Of a stretch of DNA of 64,000 bases, positions 52,149 through 62,201 are shown in pieces (positions within the stretch are counted from its first letter, which is position 1; each line of letters opens with the position of its first letter). Made by a program: the position numbers and the translations under genes. The DNA is taken from positions 3,200,001 through 3,264,000 of the forward strand of contig OZ241875.1 in the NCBI GenBank assembly GCA_965203325.1. Direction: 5' to 3'. The DNA is from a bacterium. Its GTDB lineage: Bacteria; UBA8248. The notes under the pieces were generated by a model. The model saw nothing but the letters and a program-made list of their open reading frames with translations, searched no databases and had not been told where the DNA came from.

Positions 52149-53417
52149 ATGAGCGCCGAGCAAAGAGAAAAAATTCTGGCCCAGGTCGACGCCCACCGCG
52201 ACGAGATCATCGCCCTGCTCACCAGACTCGTCCAGATACCGAGCGTGACGGGCGATGAGGGAGAGATTCAGGGCTACGTCGCGGACTACCTCCGCGAGAT
52301 GGACCTGGAAGTCGACGTCTGGGAATCGGATTGGGAGGAGCTCAAGAAACACCCCGAGTACGTGCCCGTCACGAGGGGGTATGAGGGCAGGCCGAACGTG
52401 GTCGCCGTGCTCAAGGGTTCAGGCGATGGCAGGTCGCTCCTGATGAACGGCCACACCGACACTGTCCCCAACGGCCCGCCCGACGCCTGGGAGCACGGGC
52501 CGCTCTCCGCGGACATCGAGGACGGCCGCCTTTACGGACGCGGCGCCTCGGACATGAAGAGCGGGGTGGCGGCCATCGTCATGGCGGCGAAATGCTTCAT
52601 GGCGGCGGGGCTCAGGCCCAGAGGCGACGTGATTCTCGATTTCGTCGTGGATGAGGAGTTGAGCGGCCACGGCACGCTCGACACCATTTTGCGCGGCTAT
52701 ACGGCGGATGCAGGGATTTGCTGCGAGACGAGCGGCAACGCCATCCAGCCCGGCTGCATCGGAAGAATCTGGTTCGAGATACTCGTGCGTGGAAAGGCGG
52801 CGGGCATCCAGCGAAGGTATCAGGGTGTGAACGCCATCGACCTGGGTTACAAGATCGTTCAGGCGGTGGCCGATCTGGAAAAGAAACGCCTGGAGACGGT
52901 CTCCCATCCGCTGTATCCCAAGATCATCGACGCGATCCCCTGCATGGTCGGTTCGATGGAGGCGGGTAGCTTCCCGAGCGCCTTCCCGGACACCTGCGTG
53001 CTCAAGGGGAGTCTTGCCACCGTGCCGGGCGAGGATCACGACGCGGCCAAGCAGAGCCTGGTCGATCAGGTGGCGCAGGCGGCACAGGATGATCCATGGA
53101 TGAAGGATCATCCGCCGGAGGTGCGTTTCGTGGGGTATTACGCCGAATCGGCCGCGGTCGACGCCGAGCACCCGATCGTCAAGACGGTGGCGAACGCCTA
53201 CCAGGAAGTATCGGGCAATACCCCCGAGATATCCGGCCGCCAGGGAGCGGCCGACACGCGTTTTCTGAACGGTTTCGCCGGCATCCCGACGGTCATTTTC
53301 GGCCCCGGCCCCACCACCCAGATGCACGCGAACAACGAGTGGGTGGCGGTGGAAGACGTGATCGACGCGACGAAAACGCTGGCGCTCTCCATCCTGGACT
53401 GGTGCGGAGCGGACTAA
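52149..53417 (+). CDS. M20 ArgE/DapE-family amidohydrolase
   Basis: NGHTDTV, GRGASDMKSG, VDEE, FGPG...MHANNE. Confidence 0.92.
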   Translation: MSAEQREKILAQVDAHRDEIIALLTRLVQIPSVTGDEGEIQGYVADYLREMDLEVDVWESDWEELKKHPEYVPVTRGYEGRPNVVAVLKGSGDGRSLLMNGHTDTVPNGPPDAWEHGPLSADIEDGRLYGRGASDMKSGVAAIVMAAKCFMAAGLRPRGDVILDFVVDEELSGHGTLDTILRGYTADAGICCETSGNAIQPGCIGRIWFEILVRGKAAGIQRRYQGVNAIDLGYKIVQAVADLEKKRLETVSHPLYPKIIDAIPCMVGSMEAGSFPSAFPDTCVLKGSLATVPGEDHDAAKQSLVDQVAQAAQDDPWMKDHPPEVRFVGYYAESAAVDAEHPIVKTVANAYQEVSGNTPEISGRQGAADTRFLNGFAGIPTVIFGPGPTTQMHANNEWVAVEDVIDATKTLALSILDWCGAD

Positions 53418-53433
53418 CACCGAGGGAATCGAC

Positions 53434-54393
53434 ATGTCAGGAAAAGACGTGAAGTACGGAATCGCCATGCGGAATTTCACCGCATATCCCGAACTCCCCG
53501 ACGCGGAGGCGCTCATCGAATACGGCGTCGCCATGGAGGAGTTGGGCTTCGAGTCCCTGTGGGTGTGGGACCACATTCTGCTGGGCGTGGAGCCGCACTT
53601 TCCCATCATCGAGTCGCTGACGCTCCTGACGGCGGTGGCCGCGCGGACGAGCAGAATCAAGCTCGGCACGGGCGTGCTCGTCTTGCCGCTCAGGAACCCG
53701 CTCGTCGTGGCGAAGCAGCTTTCGAGCATCGACCAGATATCGAACGGCCGCCTCATCGTCGGCATGGCTTCGGGCTGGTACAAGCGCGAGTTCGACGCGG
53801 TGGGCGTTCCTTTCGAGAAGCGCGGCAACATCATGGACCAGAACATCGAGATCATCACGAGGCTGTGGACCGAGGACATGGTGCGCGCCGAATACGGCCC
53901 TTACAACCTCAGAAACTCCGTCATGTTCCCCAAACCGGTGCAGAGCCCGAGGCCGAGCATCTTGATCGGCGGCTACGTCGATCGCGTGCTCAAGCGCGCC
54001 GGAGAGAAGGGCGACGGCTGGCTCACCTATTTCTATACACCCGAGAGTTTTACGAAATCATGGGAGAAGGTACTTCGCTTTGCGGAAGAAGCCGGACGCG
54101 ACCCCGCCTCGCTCGAGAGCACGAACCAGCTTCCGATCATGGTGGGTGACTCGCGTGAGCAGATTGAAGAGCCGATGAACGAATGGCTCCACACGGAGTG
54201 GGACTACGCCTCTTGGAGCGAGTCCACGGCCGAGAGCGCCGTCATGGGGAACGTCGATGAGTGCGTGGCGCAGCTACAGGCCCACATCGACACGGGCGTG
54301 GACCGGCTCATTTTCGTTCCCTACAAATACGAGATGGAGCAGGTGGAAATCGTGGCGAAAGAAATCATCCCTCGTCTGAGAGCGGGTTCGTAA
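53434..54393 (+). CDS. LLM (luciferase-like) flavin- or F420-dependent oxidoreductase
   Basis: GFESLWVWDH, TSRIKLGTGVL, PLRNP, DQISNGRL, GW...EF, GDGW. Confidence 0.9.
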   Translation: MSGKDVKYGIAMRNFTAYPELPDAEALIEYGVAMEELGFESLWVWDHILLGVEPHFPIIESLTLLTAVAARTSRIKLGTGVLVLPLRNPLVVAKQLSSIDQISNGRLIVGMASGWYKREFDAVGVPFEKRGNIMDQNIEIITRLWTEDMVRAEYGPYNLRNSVMFPKPVQSPRPSILIGGYVDRVLKRAGEKGDGWLTYFYTPESFTKSWEKVLRFAEEAGRDPASLESTNQLPIMVGDSREQIEEPMNEWLHTEWDYASWSESTAESAVMGNVDECVAQLQAHIDTGVDRLIFVPYKYEMEQVEIVAKEIIPRLRAGS

Positions 54394-54429
54394 AAAGACG
54401 GTTACGCGCCGCCTCACGGGAGCAGCACA

Positions 54430-55482
54430 ATGCAAGCCACATCGAGAACGTGGGACAGCCTGGCATCGGCTTCGGAGACGATCTTCGACGCGGTGGGCCA
54501 TACCCCGCTGGTGAAGCTCGGACGCATCACGCGGGGGCTGGGACCTGAGATTTTCGCCAAGCTCGAATGGTATTCCCCCACGGGGAGTCTAAAGGATCGC
54601 ATTTATGAGCAGATGATCTCACGCGCCGAGGCGCGGGGGGAGCTTACGCCTGGCAAGGTGATTCTGGAATGCTCATCCGGCAATGCGGGCATCGCCTGCG
54701 CGGCGGCATCTGCGGTCAAGGGATATGCGTGCATCATCGTCATGCCGGAATTGATGAGCCCCGAGCGCAAGAAGATGATTCGCGCATTCGGGGCCGAACT
54801 CGTCACGACGCCGGGCGGGGAGAGCGACGTGGACGTCGCACTCACTCGCATGAAGGAAATGGCGGCGAGCGACTCTGAGAAATACTGGGTTCCCGCCGAA
54901 TTCGAGAACATGGACAACGTGGACACGCACTACACCACCTCGGGCCCTGAAATCTGGGAGCAACTGGACGGCGATGTGGATGCGCTCATCGCGGCTGTGG
55001 GCACGGGTGGCTGGCTCACGGGGGTGGGGCGGTTTTTGAGGGAGAAAAACCCCAGGCTCAAAATCTATGGCGTGGAGCCGACGGAATCGCCCCTGATCAG
55101 CGAGGGGATATGCTGCGGGCACGGCATCGCGGGAATCGGCGACGGCCTGATCCCCAACATTTTGGATTTGTCCATCATCGACGGCATCATCACCGCTTCG
55201 ACCGAAGAATCACTCCGCATGGCGAGGCGCGCCTCGCGCGAAGAGGGTCTTTTCTGCGGCATTTCCTCGGGCTGCAATCTGGCGGCGGCGGTAAAATTCG
55301 CTCGCTCCTATCCCGAAGTCGGTCGAATCGTCACCATATTCGGTGACTCGGGTCAGCGCTATTTCTCCACCCCGCTTTGTCGCGACGAATCGGGCATGGA
55401 GGCGGCGCTGCTGGACGTCGTCGAAGGGGACAGGGAGATGATGCTCCAGAAATTCAGAACCTCATGGGAGATCATCGAGTGA
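54430..55482 (+). CDS. Cysteine synthase (fold-type II PLP) family protein, copy 1
   Basis: GHTPLV, SPTGSLKDR (PLP Lys), SSGNAG, GTGG, GISSG. Confidence 0.9.
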   Translation: MQATSRTWDSLASASETIFDAVGHTPLVKLGRITRGLGPEIFAKLEWYSPTGSLKDRIYEQMISRAEARGELTPGKVILECSSGNAGIACAAASAVKGYACIIVMPELMSPERKKMIRAFGAELVTTPGGESDVDVALTRMKEMAASDSEKYWVPAEFENMDNVDTHYTTSGPEIWEQLDGDVDALIAAVGTGGWLTGVGRFLREKNPRLKIYGVEPTESPLISEGICCGHGIAGIGDGLIPNILDLSIIDGIITASTEESLRMARRASREEGLFCGISSGCNLAAAVKFARSYPEVGRIVTIFGDSGQRYFSTPLCRDESGMEAALLDVVEGDREMMLQKFRTSWEIIE

Positions 55483-55511
55483 GGTGTTTCTCTTTTTTTA
55501 GGGTGTAAGAG

Positions 55512-56567
55512 ATGGGCATTCAAAAAAGAGCCTGGGATTCCTACAGACGCTATTCGGAAAACATTTTCGACGCCATCGGGGGCACGCCCCTGGTTCGCCT
55601 GAACAAGGTGGCGGCGGACTTAGGCCCCGAGGTCTACGCGAAGCTGGAGTGGTACTCGCCCTCGGGGAGCCTCAAGGATCGTATCTACTACAACATGATT
55701 CTGAAAGCGGAGGAGCGCGGCAGCCTGAGGGCCGGCATGACGGTGCTCGAATGCTCCACCGGCAACGCAGGCATCGCCTGCGCGTTCGTATCCGCGGTGA
55801 AGGGTTATTCCTGCATCGTCGTCATGCCCGAGGGCATGAGCGATGAGCGAAAAAAGCTCATGCGCGCCTACGGGGCCGATTTGGTGTTCACGCCGGGCGG
55901 GGAGAGCGACGTCGACCTGGCGCTCGATAAACTCGATGAAATCCGCGCGGCATCACCCGAACGATACTGGGTTCCCGCCCAGTTCGACAACCTCGACAAC
56001 AACGAAGCGCATTATCTCACGACAGGGCCCGAGATTTTCGAGCAGCTGGACGGGCGCGTCGACGCCGTCGTGGCGTCGCAGGGAACGGGCGGCTGGGTGA
56101 GCGGCGTGGGGAAATTCCTGCGCGAGGACAACCCGGACGTGAAGCTTTACGCCGTGGAGCCTCAGGAGTGCCCGCTCCTGAGCGAGCGGGGCTGGGGGCC
56201 GCACGGCATCGAGGGCATCGGGGACGGCTTCGTGCCCAGGGCGCTCGACTTGTCGCTGCTCACCGGCATCGTGACGACGACGACGGATGAGTCGGTCGAG
56301 ATGGCGCAGCGCCTCGCGCGCGAGGAGGGGATTTTCTGCGGCATCTCCTCGGGGTGCAATGTGGCGGCCGCCGTCAAGCTGGCCCGCCGGCACCCCGAAC
56401 TGGCCAACATCGTCACGAACATCAACGACACGGGACAGCGCTATTTCACCACCGCCTTGTGCGGGGAGGAAAAACACGTCGATATTCCCGAACGCGAGCA
56501 TCACGTGGACCCATACAGCGAGGCGCAGCTCGATCGGTATTCCAGCGAATGGGAGATCATCACCTGA
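55512..56567 (+). CDS. Cysteine synthase family protein, copy 2
   Basis: GGTPLV, SPSGSLKDR, STGNAG, QFDN, HGIEGIG, GISSG. Confidence 0.9.
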   Translation: MGIQKRAWDSYRRYSENIFDAIGGTPLVRLNKVAADLGPEVYAKLEWYSPSGSLKDRIYYNMILKAEERGSLRAGMTVLECSTGNAGIACAFVSAVKGYSCIVVMPEGMSDERKKLMRAYGADLVFTPGGESDVDLALDKLDEIRAASPERYWVPAQFDNLDNNEAHYLTTGPEIFEQLDGRVDAVVASQGTGGWVSGVGKFLREDNPDVKLYAVEPQECPLLSERGWGPHGIEGIGDGFVPRALDLSLLTGIVTTTTDESVEMAQRLAREEGIFCGISSGCNVAAAVKLARRHPELANIVTNINDTGQRYFTTALCGEEKHVDIPEREHHVDPYSEAQLDRYSSEWEIIT

Positions 56568-56589
56568 CGCCGAGCGATAAAACCCGCGG

Positions 56590-57465
56590 GTGAGATATAT
56601 GGTTTATGGCCAGATTCTGATTAACAGCATTCTCCTGGGAGGCATCTACGCCTGCATCGCGGTCGGCTTCTCGCTCGTCTGGGGCGTGATGAACATCCTC
56701 AACATCCTGCACGGCACGTTCCTGATGCTGGGCGGCTACGTCACGTTCTGGATGTTCAAGCTCTACGGCGTGGATCCGTTCTTGTCCCTTCCCGTTTCGG
56801 CCGTCGCCATGTTCTGCGCTGGCTACGTGGTGCAGCGCGGACTGATCAACAAAATCGTACGCGCGCCCATGTTCATGTCCCTGATTCTCACCTTCGGCCT
56901 TCAGTTGCTCATCGTGAGGCTCGCGATATATTTCTTCACCGGCGATTTCAGGTCGGTTCAGCCCTCTTACGCGGGTTTTTCCATCCCCTTCATGGGGCTT
57001 TCCATCCCCTTCGTCCGGATTTCCATATTCGTGCTGGGCGTCGCTCTCACGAGCATTCTCTTCTGGTTCATGGGACGTACGCGCACGGGCCGGGCCATAC
57101 GGGCGACGCGGATGGATTTGGACTCCGCCCAGTTGATGGGCGTCGACATCGGCAGAATCTACGCCATCACTTATGGAATCGGCGCAGCGGCCGCCGCCAC
57201 GTCGGGTTCTCTGGTGAGCGTGGGTTTCGCCATCTCGCCGGTGAGCGACGTGGAGTTCCTCTCGAAATCCTTCATCATCTGCACCATCGGGGGATTGGGG
57301 AACATCACGGGAGCGCTGGCGGGAGGGCTGATCCTGGGACTCGCCGAGAATTTCGGCGCCCTGTACTTGGGCCCTGGCCTGCAGAACGCCATCGGCTACG
57401 TGCTCTTGATTCTGGTGCTCTTCATCAAGCCGTCGGGCCTGCTGGGCAGAAAGGGTTTCGAATAG
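56590..57465 (+). CDS. Branched-chain amino acid-type ABC permease (LivH-like)
   Basis: GGIYACIAVGFSLVWGVMNILN, GRAIRA, GGLG. Confidence 0.9.
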   Translation: MRYMVYGQILINSILLGGIYACIAVGFSLVWGVMNILNILHGTFLMLGGYVTFWMFKLYGVDPFLSLPVSAVAMFCAGYVVQRGLINKIVRAPMFMSLILTFGLQLLIVRLAIYFFTGDFRSVQPSYAGFSIPFMGLSIPFVRISIFVLGVALTSILFWFMGRTRTGRAIRATRMDLDSAQLMGVDIGRIYAITYGIGAAAAATSGSLVSVGFAISPVSDVEFLSKSFIICTIGGLGNITGALAGGLILGLAENFGALYLGPGLQNAIGYVLLILVLFIKPSGLLGRKGFE

Positions 57466-57466
57466 C

Positions 57467-58450
57467 ATGTTCAGACCCTGGTCCCACATTCAATGGCTGG
57501 GCATGGGAGCGGGATTGCTCGCCCTCATCCTCTTGCCCTCTTTCGTGGAAAACGACGAGATCAGGAAGTGGATGGACATCCTGATGGTGGCCATACTGGC
57601 GACGAGCTGGAACTTCATCGGCGGCCTGACGGGCTATCCCTCCTTCGCGCCGGCCGCCTTTTTCGGGCTGGGGGCGTACACGACGGCCATCCTGATGAAC
57701 GCCGGGTTCAATTTTTTCATCACGTTGGGTATCGGCGCCTGTCTGGGTGCGCTCGTGGCGCTCGCTCTGGGCGTTCCCATATTGAGGCTGAGGGGCCACT
57801 ACTTCGCCATCGCCACCTTCGGCGTGGCGGAGTTCTTCCGCGAACTGGCGGATAACCTGCGCATCACCGGCGGGGGAGACGGCATCAACCTGCCCCAGAT
57901 TACGGGCGGGCCGGATTACTTCACGCGCTTCTTCTATTTCTCCATGCTCGGGGTGGCCGTGCTCGCCGTCCTGACGCAGTACTTCGTCACGCGACACCGC
58001 CTGGGCTACGGCCTCGTCGCCATCCGGGAGAACGAGGACGCGGCCGCCATGACGGGCGTGGATACGACGAAATACAAGATCATCGCCTTCGTGCTCTCTT
58101 CCATTTTCCCCGCGATGGGCGGCGGCGTATACGCCTACCGCGCCGCATTCTTGGAGCCCATCGATGTCTTCGACGTCTTGTTCTCCATCAAGGCGATTGT
58201 GATGTCGATGCTCGGCGGGGTGGGGACGGTGATGGGTCCGCTCGTGGGCGCGCTGATGATGGAATACCTGTCGGATTACCTCTGGGGAGCCTTCACGGAA
58301 TTCCATAGCGCGTTTCTGGGAATCATCATCGTGCTGGTCGTCTTGTTCCTCCCGCGCGGCCTGATGGCCGTCTCCCAGGAAGTGAAGAGCCGCGGGTGGG
58401 GGTCGTTGGGCGTGATTCTCAAGAGCAACATACAGAGGTTCAAGGTGTGA
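57467..58450 (+). CDS. ABC permease (LivM-like)
   Basis: SWNFIGGLTGY, LRLRGHYFAIAT, AIRENEDAA. Confidence 0.9.
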   Translation: MFRPWSHIQWLGMGAGLLALILLPSFVENDEIRKWMDILMVAILATSWNFIGGLTGYPSFAPAAFFGLGAYTTAILMNAGFNFFITLGIGACLGALVALALGVPILRLRGHYFAIATFGVAEFFRELADNLRITGGGDGINLPQITGGPDYFTRFFYFSMLGVAVLAVLTQYFVTRHRLGYGLVAIRENEDAAAMTGVDTTKYKIIAFVLSSIFPAMGGGVYAYRAAFLEPIDVFDVLFSIKAIVMSMLGGVGTVMGPLVGALMMEYLSDYLWGAFTEFHSAFLGIIIVLVVLFLPRGLMAVSQEVKSRGWGSLGVILKSNIQRFKV

Positions 58451-59214
58451 GCGAAACACTTCTGGAAGGCAGACGCGTCACAAAGCGCTTCGGCGGCCTC
58501 ACCGCCGTCTCGGCGGTCGATTTCACCGTGCGCAAGGGAGAGATTTTAGGCGTCATCGGCCCCAACGGCGCGGGGAAGACGACACTCCTCAATTGCATCA
58601 CGGGTCTCGACCCGGCGAACGAGGGTGAGATTCTGTTTCGCGGTGATCGCATCGAAACCATGAAACCCCACGCCATCACACGTAAGGGAGTCGCACGGAC
58701 GTTTCAGATCGTCCAGCCCTTCGCGGGTCTCGCGGTGCGCGAGAACGTGGTGATGGGCGCGCTGTTCGGCTCCCAGAAGTCGAGAAAAGAGGTGAGACGC
58801 GCCCAGGAACTCGCCGATGAAATGCTGGCGTTCGTGGGATTGAGCGATAAGTCGGCGCAACTCGCCTCCCAGCTCACGCTCGCCGAGAGAAAACGCCTGG
58901 AATTCGCCAAGTCCCTCGCCACGGAACCGGAAGTGTTGCTGCTGGACGAGGTGAATGCGGGTCTCAACACGACGGAAATCGAAAACGCCATCTCTCTCAT
59001 CCACAAGGTGAGAGAGCAGGGCGTGACCATCCTGGTGATCGAGCACTTGATGAAGGTGATCACGGACCTCTCGGATCGCGTCATCGTCTTGCATCACGGA
59101 GAGAAGATAGCGGAAGGTTTGCCGCGCGAGGTGACGAGTGACGAGCAGGTCATCAAGGCCTATCTGGGCGAGAAATACGTAGCGATGATGAAAAAACTGG
59201 ACGAGGAGTCCTAG
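58447..59214 (+). CDS. ABC ATPase (LivG-like)
   Basis: KRFGGLTAV, GPNGAGKT, RTFQ, LLDE; GTG start overlapping livM stop. Confidence 0.92.
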   Translation: MSETLLEGRRVTKRFGGLTAVSAVDFTVRKGEILGVIGPNGAGKTTLLNCITGLDPANEGEILFRGDRIETMKPHAITRKGVARTFQIVQPFAGLAVRENVVMGALFGSQKSRKEVRRAQELADEMLAFVGLSDKSAQLASQLTLAERKRLEFAKSLATEPEVLLLDEVNAGLNTTEIENAISLIHKVREQGVTILVIEHLMKVITDLSDRVIVLHHGEKIAEGLPREVTSDEQVIKAYLGEKYVAMMKKLDEES

Positions 59215-59216
59215 AA

Positions 59217-59957
59217 GTGGCGACGGACGCACCTCAAGGCGGAGCGAGCCTCCTGGAGGTAAGCGGCCTGGCGGGCGGATACGACGACGTTCAGGTTCTG
59301 TGGGGTATCGATCTGCGCGTGAACGAAGGCGAGATCGTCGCCATCGTCGGCAGCAACGGCGTCGGCAAGTCCACGTTCCTGCGGATGCTCTCGGGGGTGC
59401 TGCCGCATCGAGCGGGCGAAATTATGCTCGGAGGCGAATCACTGGAAGGAATGGCGCCGGAGGGCATCGTCGCCAAGGGGATTTCCCACGTGCCCGAGGG
59501 CCGCAGGCTCTTCGCCGCGATGAGCGTGGAGGAGAATCTCTTGATGGGCGCCTATGCCCGGAAGATGGCCGATCAGGAACTGGCGGCGGATTTGGAGAGG
59601 GTGTACGGATTTTTCCCGCGACTGGCGGAGCGGAAATCCCAGCTTGCGGGAAGCATGTCCGGCGGCGAGCAGCAGATGTGCGCGATTGCCCGGGGGTTGA
59701 TGGCGCGCCCGAGGCTGCTCCTGATCGATGAGCTTTCCCTGGGCCTTGCGCCCAGGCTGGTGGAGGAGTTGTGCGGATTCGTCCGGCAGATAAACGAGGA
59801 GGGCGTCGCCATCATACTCGTGGAACAGGACGTGCTGACCGCGTTCGAACTCGCGAGCCGGGCGTATGTATTCGAGACGGGGCGCGTGACGATCTCCGGC
59901 ACGTCGGATGAACTGCTGGCGAATCCCCAAGTGAAAAAAGCGTATCTGGGCATGTAG
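59217..59957 (+). CDS. ABC ATPase (LivF-like)
   Basis: GSNGVGKS, VPEGR, MSGGEQQM, DELSLGLAP. Confidence 0.92.
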   Translation: MATDAPQGGASLLEVSGLAGGYDDVQVLWGIDLRVNEGEIVAIVGSNGVGKSTFLRMLSGVLPHRAGEIMLGGESLEGMAPEGIVAKGISHVPEGRRLFAAMSVEENLLMGAYARKMADQELAADLERVYGFFPRLAERKSQLAGSMSGGEQQMCAIARGLMARPRLLLIDELSLGLAPRLVEELCGFVRQINEEGVAIILVEQDVLTAFELASRAYVFETGRVTISGTSDELLANPQVKKAYLGM

Positions 59958-60054
59958 CGTGTTTTCATATACTCTATCTGAAACCAACATTTACGAGAGT
60001 CGTGTGAAAATCGAGAACGGAAGAGGCAGCACTCACTTAATAAGGAGGCGAATC

Positions 60055-61263
60055 ATGAGAAGGCGGAATTTGTTGTTTCTCATCGCAGCAGTCTTGTTTG
60101 TCACTTTCGGCGTGACGGGCCTGCAGGGTCTGGACGGCGCCCAGGCGGCGGAGATTAAATTCGGCGCCGCCTTGCCGCTCACGGGTCCACTCGCCACCGA
60201 GGGGAAAAAGCAGCAGGCGGGCTATGAAATCTGGCGCGAGCGCGTGAACAAGGCGGGCGGCATCAACGTAGGCGGCAAGAAGATGAAGGTGAAGATCGTC
60301 TACTACGACTACGAGAGCAAGACGCCGACGGCCACCAAGCTCGCCGAGCGGCTGATCACCAAGGAAAAAGTGGACCTCCTTCTGGGCCCGTTCGGAAGCG
60401 GGGCGACGAAATCCGTCGCCGCGATCACGGAGCGCTATCAGGTTCCCCTCATCGCGCCCGTGGCGAGTTCCGAGCCGATTTTCGACCAGGGCTACAAATA
60501 CCTCTTCGGCCTCCTGGCGCCGAATTCGTATCTGCCGCAGAACTTCCTTACGCTCCTGAAAGAGCAAAAGCCGATGCCGAAGACCATCGCTTTCGTGACG
60601 CGCAACGACTTCTTCCCGCGCGCCATTACGAAGACGATCAGGTCGGCTGCGAAAAAGCAGGGTTTCACGGACGTCTACTACGCCGAGTTCCCCAAGGATT
60701 CAAAGGACATGTCCACCTGGCTCACGATCGTGAAGGGCAAGAATCCCGACGTGCTCATGGTGGCCGGCTATCTTCCCGACACCCTCCTCGCCACCAAGCA
60801 GGCGAACGAGTTGGGAGTGAAGCCCAAAATCCTGTTCACCATGGTGGGTCCGGTTTATGCCCAGTTCACGGAATCGCTCAAAGGCACGGCCAACAACATC
60901 CTGACCGCCGCCTGGTGGGGTGAGGCGCTCGATTACAAGGGCGACTTCATCGGCTCGGCGCGGGACTTCGGGAAAATCTGGCGCGCCAAGTTCAAACAGG
61001 AGCCGGACTACGTCGCCGCGGCGTCGACGACTGCGGGTATCGTCGCCCAGAAGGCAATCGAGGCGGCAGGCACGCTGGACAAGAAGAAGGTTCGCGACGC
61101 CATTGCGAAAACCGACTTGAAAACTTTCTTCGGCCCCGTGAAATTCGACAAGCTCAACATGAACGCGGCCAGCGCCATCGTTTTGTTCCAGGTGCAGGAC
61201 GGAAAACGCAAGACGGTGGGTCCGAAGAGCGTGGCGAACGCGAAGTTCAGGTATCCGAGATAG
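60055..61263 (+). CDS. Periplasmic substrate-binding protein (LivK/PBP1 type)
   Basis: Signal peptide, PLTG, VNKAGGI, LLGPFGS; TAAGGAGG RBS. Confidence 0.92.
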   Translation: MRRRNLLFLIAAVLFVTFGVTGLQGLDGAQAAEIKFGAALPLTGPLATEGKKQQAGYEIWRERVNKAGGINVGGKKMKVKIVYYDYESKTPTATKLAERLITKEKVDLLLGPFGSGATKSVAAITERYQVPLIAPVASSEPIFDQGYKYLFGLLAPNSYLPQNFLTLLKEQKPMPKTIAFVTRNDFFPRAITKTIRSAAKKQGFTDVYYAEFPKDSKDMSTWLTIVKGKNPDVLMVAGYLPDTLLATKQANELGVKPKILFTMVGPVYAQFTESLKGTANNILTAAWWGEALDYKGDFIGSARDFGKIWRAKFKQEPDYVAAASTTAGIVAQKAIEAAGTLDKKKVRDAIAKTDLKTFFGPVKFDKLNMNAASAIVLFQVQDGKRKTVGPKSVANAKFRYPR

Positions 61264-61271
61264 TTTCCAGG

Positions 61272-61319
61272 CCGGGTTCGGGGACGCCGCCGAGGGTGAG
61301 GCGGTGTTCCTGAGCCTGG
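61272..61319 (+). other. 20-bp RNA hairpin without U-tract between SBP and AhpD-like genes
   Basis: CCGGGTTCGGGGACGCCGCC / GGCGGTGTTCCTGAGCCTGG pair fully, with five G-U pairs. Confidence 0.6.
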
Positions 61320-61334
61320 TGGTATGAGGGTTTC

Positions 61335-62132
61335 ATGCCGACGATCCGCCAGTTGGCTGATAATGAAGTGCCTGAGGCGGCGCGCGGTCTCGTCGAACGC
61401 GTCAAGACGCGCGAGAAGCGCGTATTCGGGGTCGACTCGCTCTCGAACATCTGGCGCTCGATGACCCGTCACCCCGAATACATGAAGGCGAGTTGGGAGC
61501 GCTCGCGCGCCACGATGCAGCGCGGGGACGTGCCGCCTCTGGTCAAGGAGATGGTCGCCTCGGCGGTTTCCATCGTCAACGCGTGTGACTACTGAATCGA
61601 CTCCCACATCGCCGCGGTCATGCGGCTGGGAGTCGATGAGGTGGGCATCACGGAATTGATCGGGCTGACGGATCATGTCTCGGGGATGAACAAGGTCGCA
61701 TTCGGGCTTTTGCTGGAGGATGAGGATACGCCGCCTCTTCTGCCTGATGCGGAAGAAGGGGAGACCGACCCGGTCGTCCGGGAACTGATGGGCGAGGTGA
61801 CGGAGGTGGAATCGGCGCGCCTGGGTAGAGACGGCGTTCCGCGCTATTGGCGCTGCCTGGCGCGGAACCGTCATTATTTCGAATCGACGTGGAACAAGCA
61901 CAAGCTCATGCTCGATGGAGGCGTTCTCGAAAAAGGGGCCAAGGCGGCCGTGGGTTATGGCGTCAGCGCCACGAACGGCTCGGGGTATTTCATACGGTAT
62001 TTTCATGCTTATCTGGTGAATCTGGGCTGGGATCCGGGGCGAATCCTCGAGATTCTCGGCGTGGTGGACCACTACAACAGCTTCAACGCCCTGGCGACGG
62101 GGATGCAGATTGAGTCCGACATCAGGCCGTGA
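61335..62132 (+). CDS. AhpD/CMD-family selenoprotein (TGA at 61593-61595 read as Sec; CxxU), 265 aa, two CMD repeats
   Basis: ORFs 61335-61595 and 61620-62132 are in the same frame; read-through gives KEMVASAVSIVNACDY-U-IDSH matching AhpD E...NxCxYCxxxH; hairpin immediately after TGA. Confidence 0.9.
61596..61637 (+). promoter_or_regulatory. Bacterial SECIS-like hairpin
   Basis: ATCGACTCCCA/TGGGAGTCGAT 11-bp stem, CATC bulge, GCCGC/GCGGC upper stem, GGTCAT loop. Confidence 0.8.
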
Positions 62133-62201
62133 TTCGTGGAAGATTGAGGTGAGCGCCGAATGACCAAGTTGCTCGGCCGAATGGCGTTTTAAGGACTGGA
62201 C

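Noticed and set aside
34421..55482. Other TGA stops (e.g. cupredoxin-like 34423, CysK copy 1 55482) as Sec codons
   Set aside because: They fall at natural C-termini, are not in Cys motifs and have no sensible in-frame continuation
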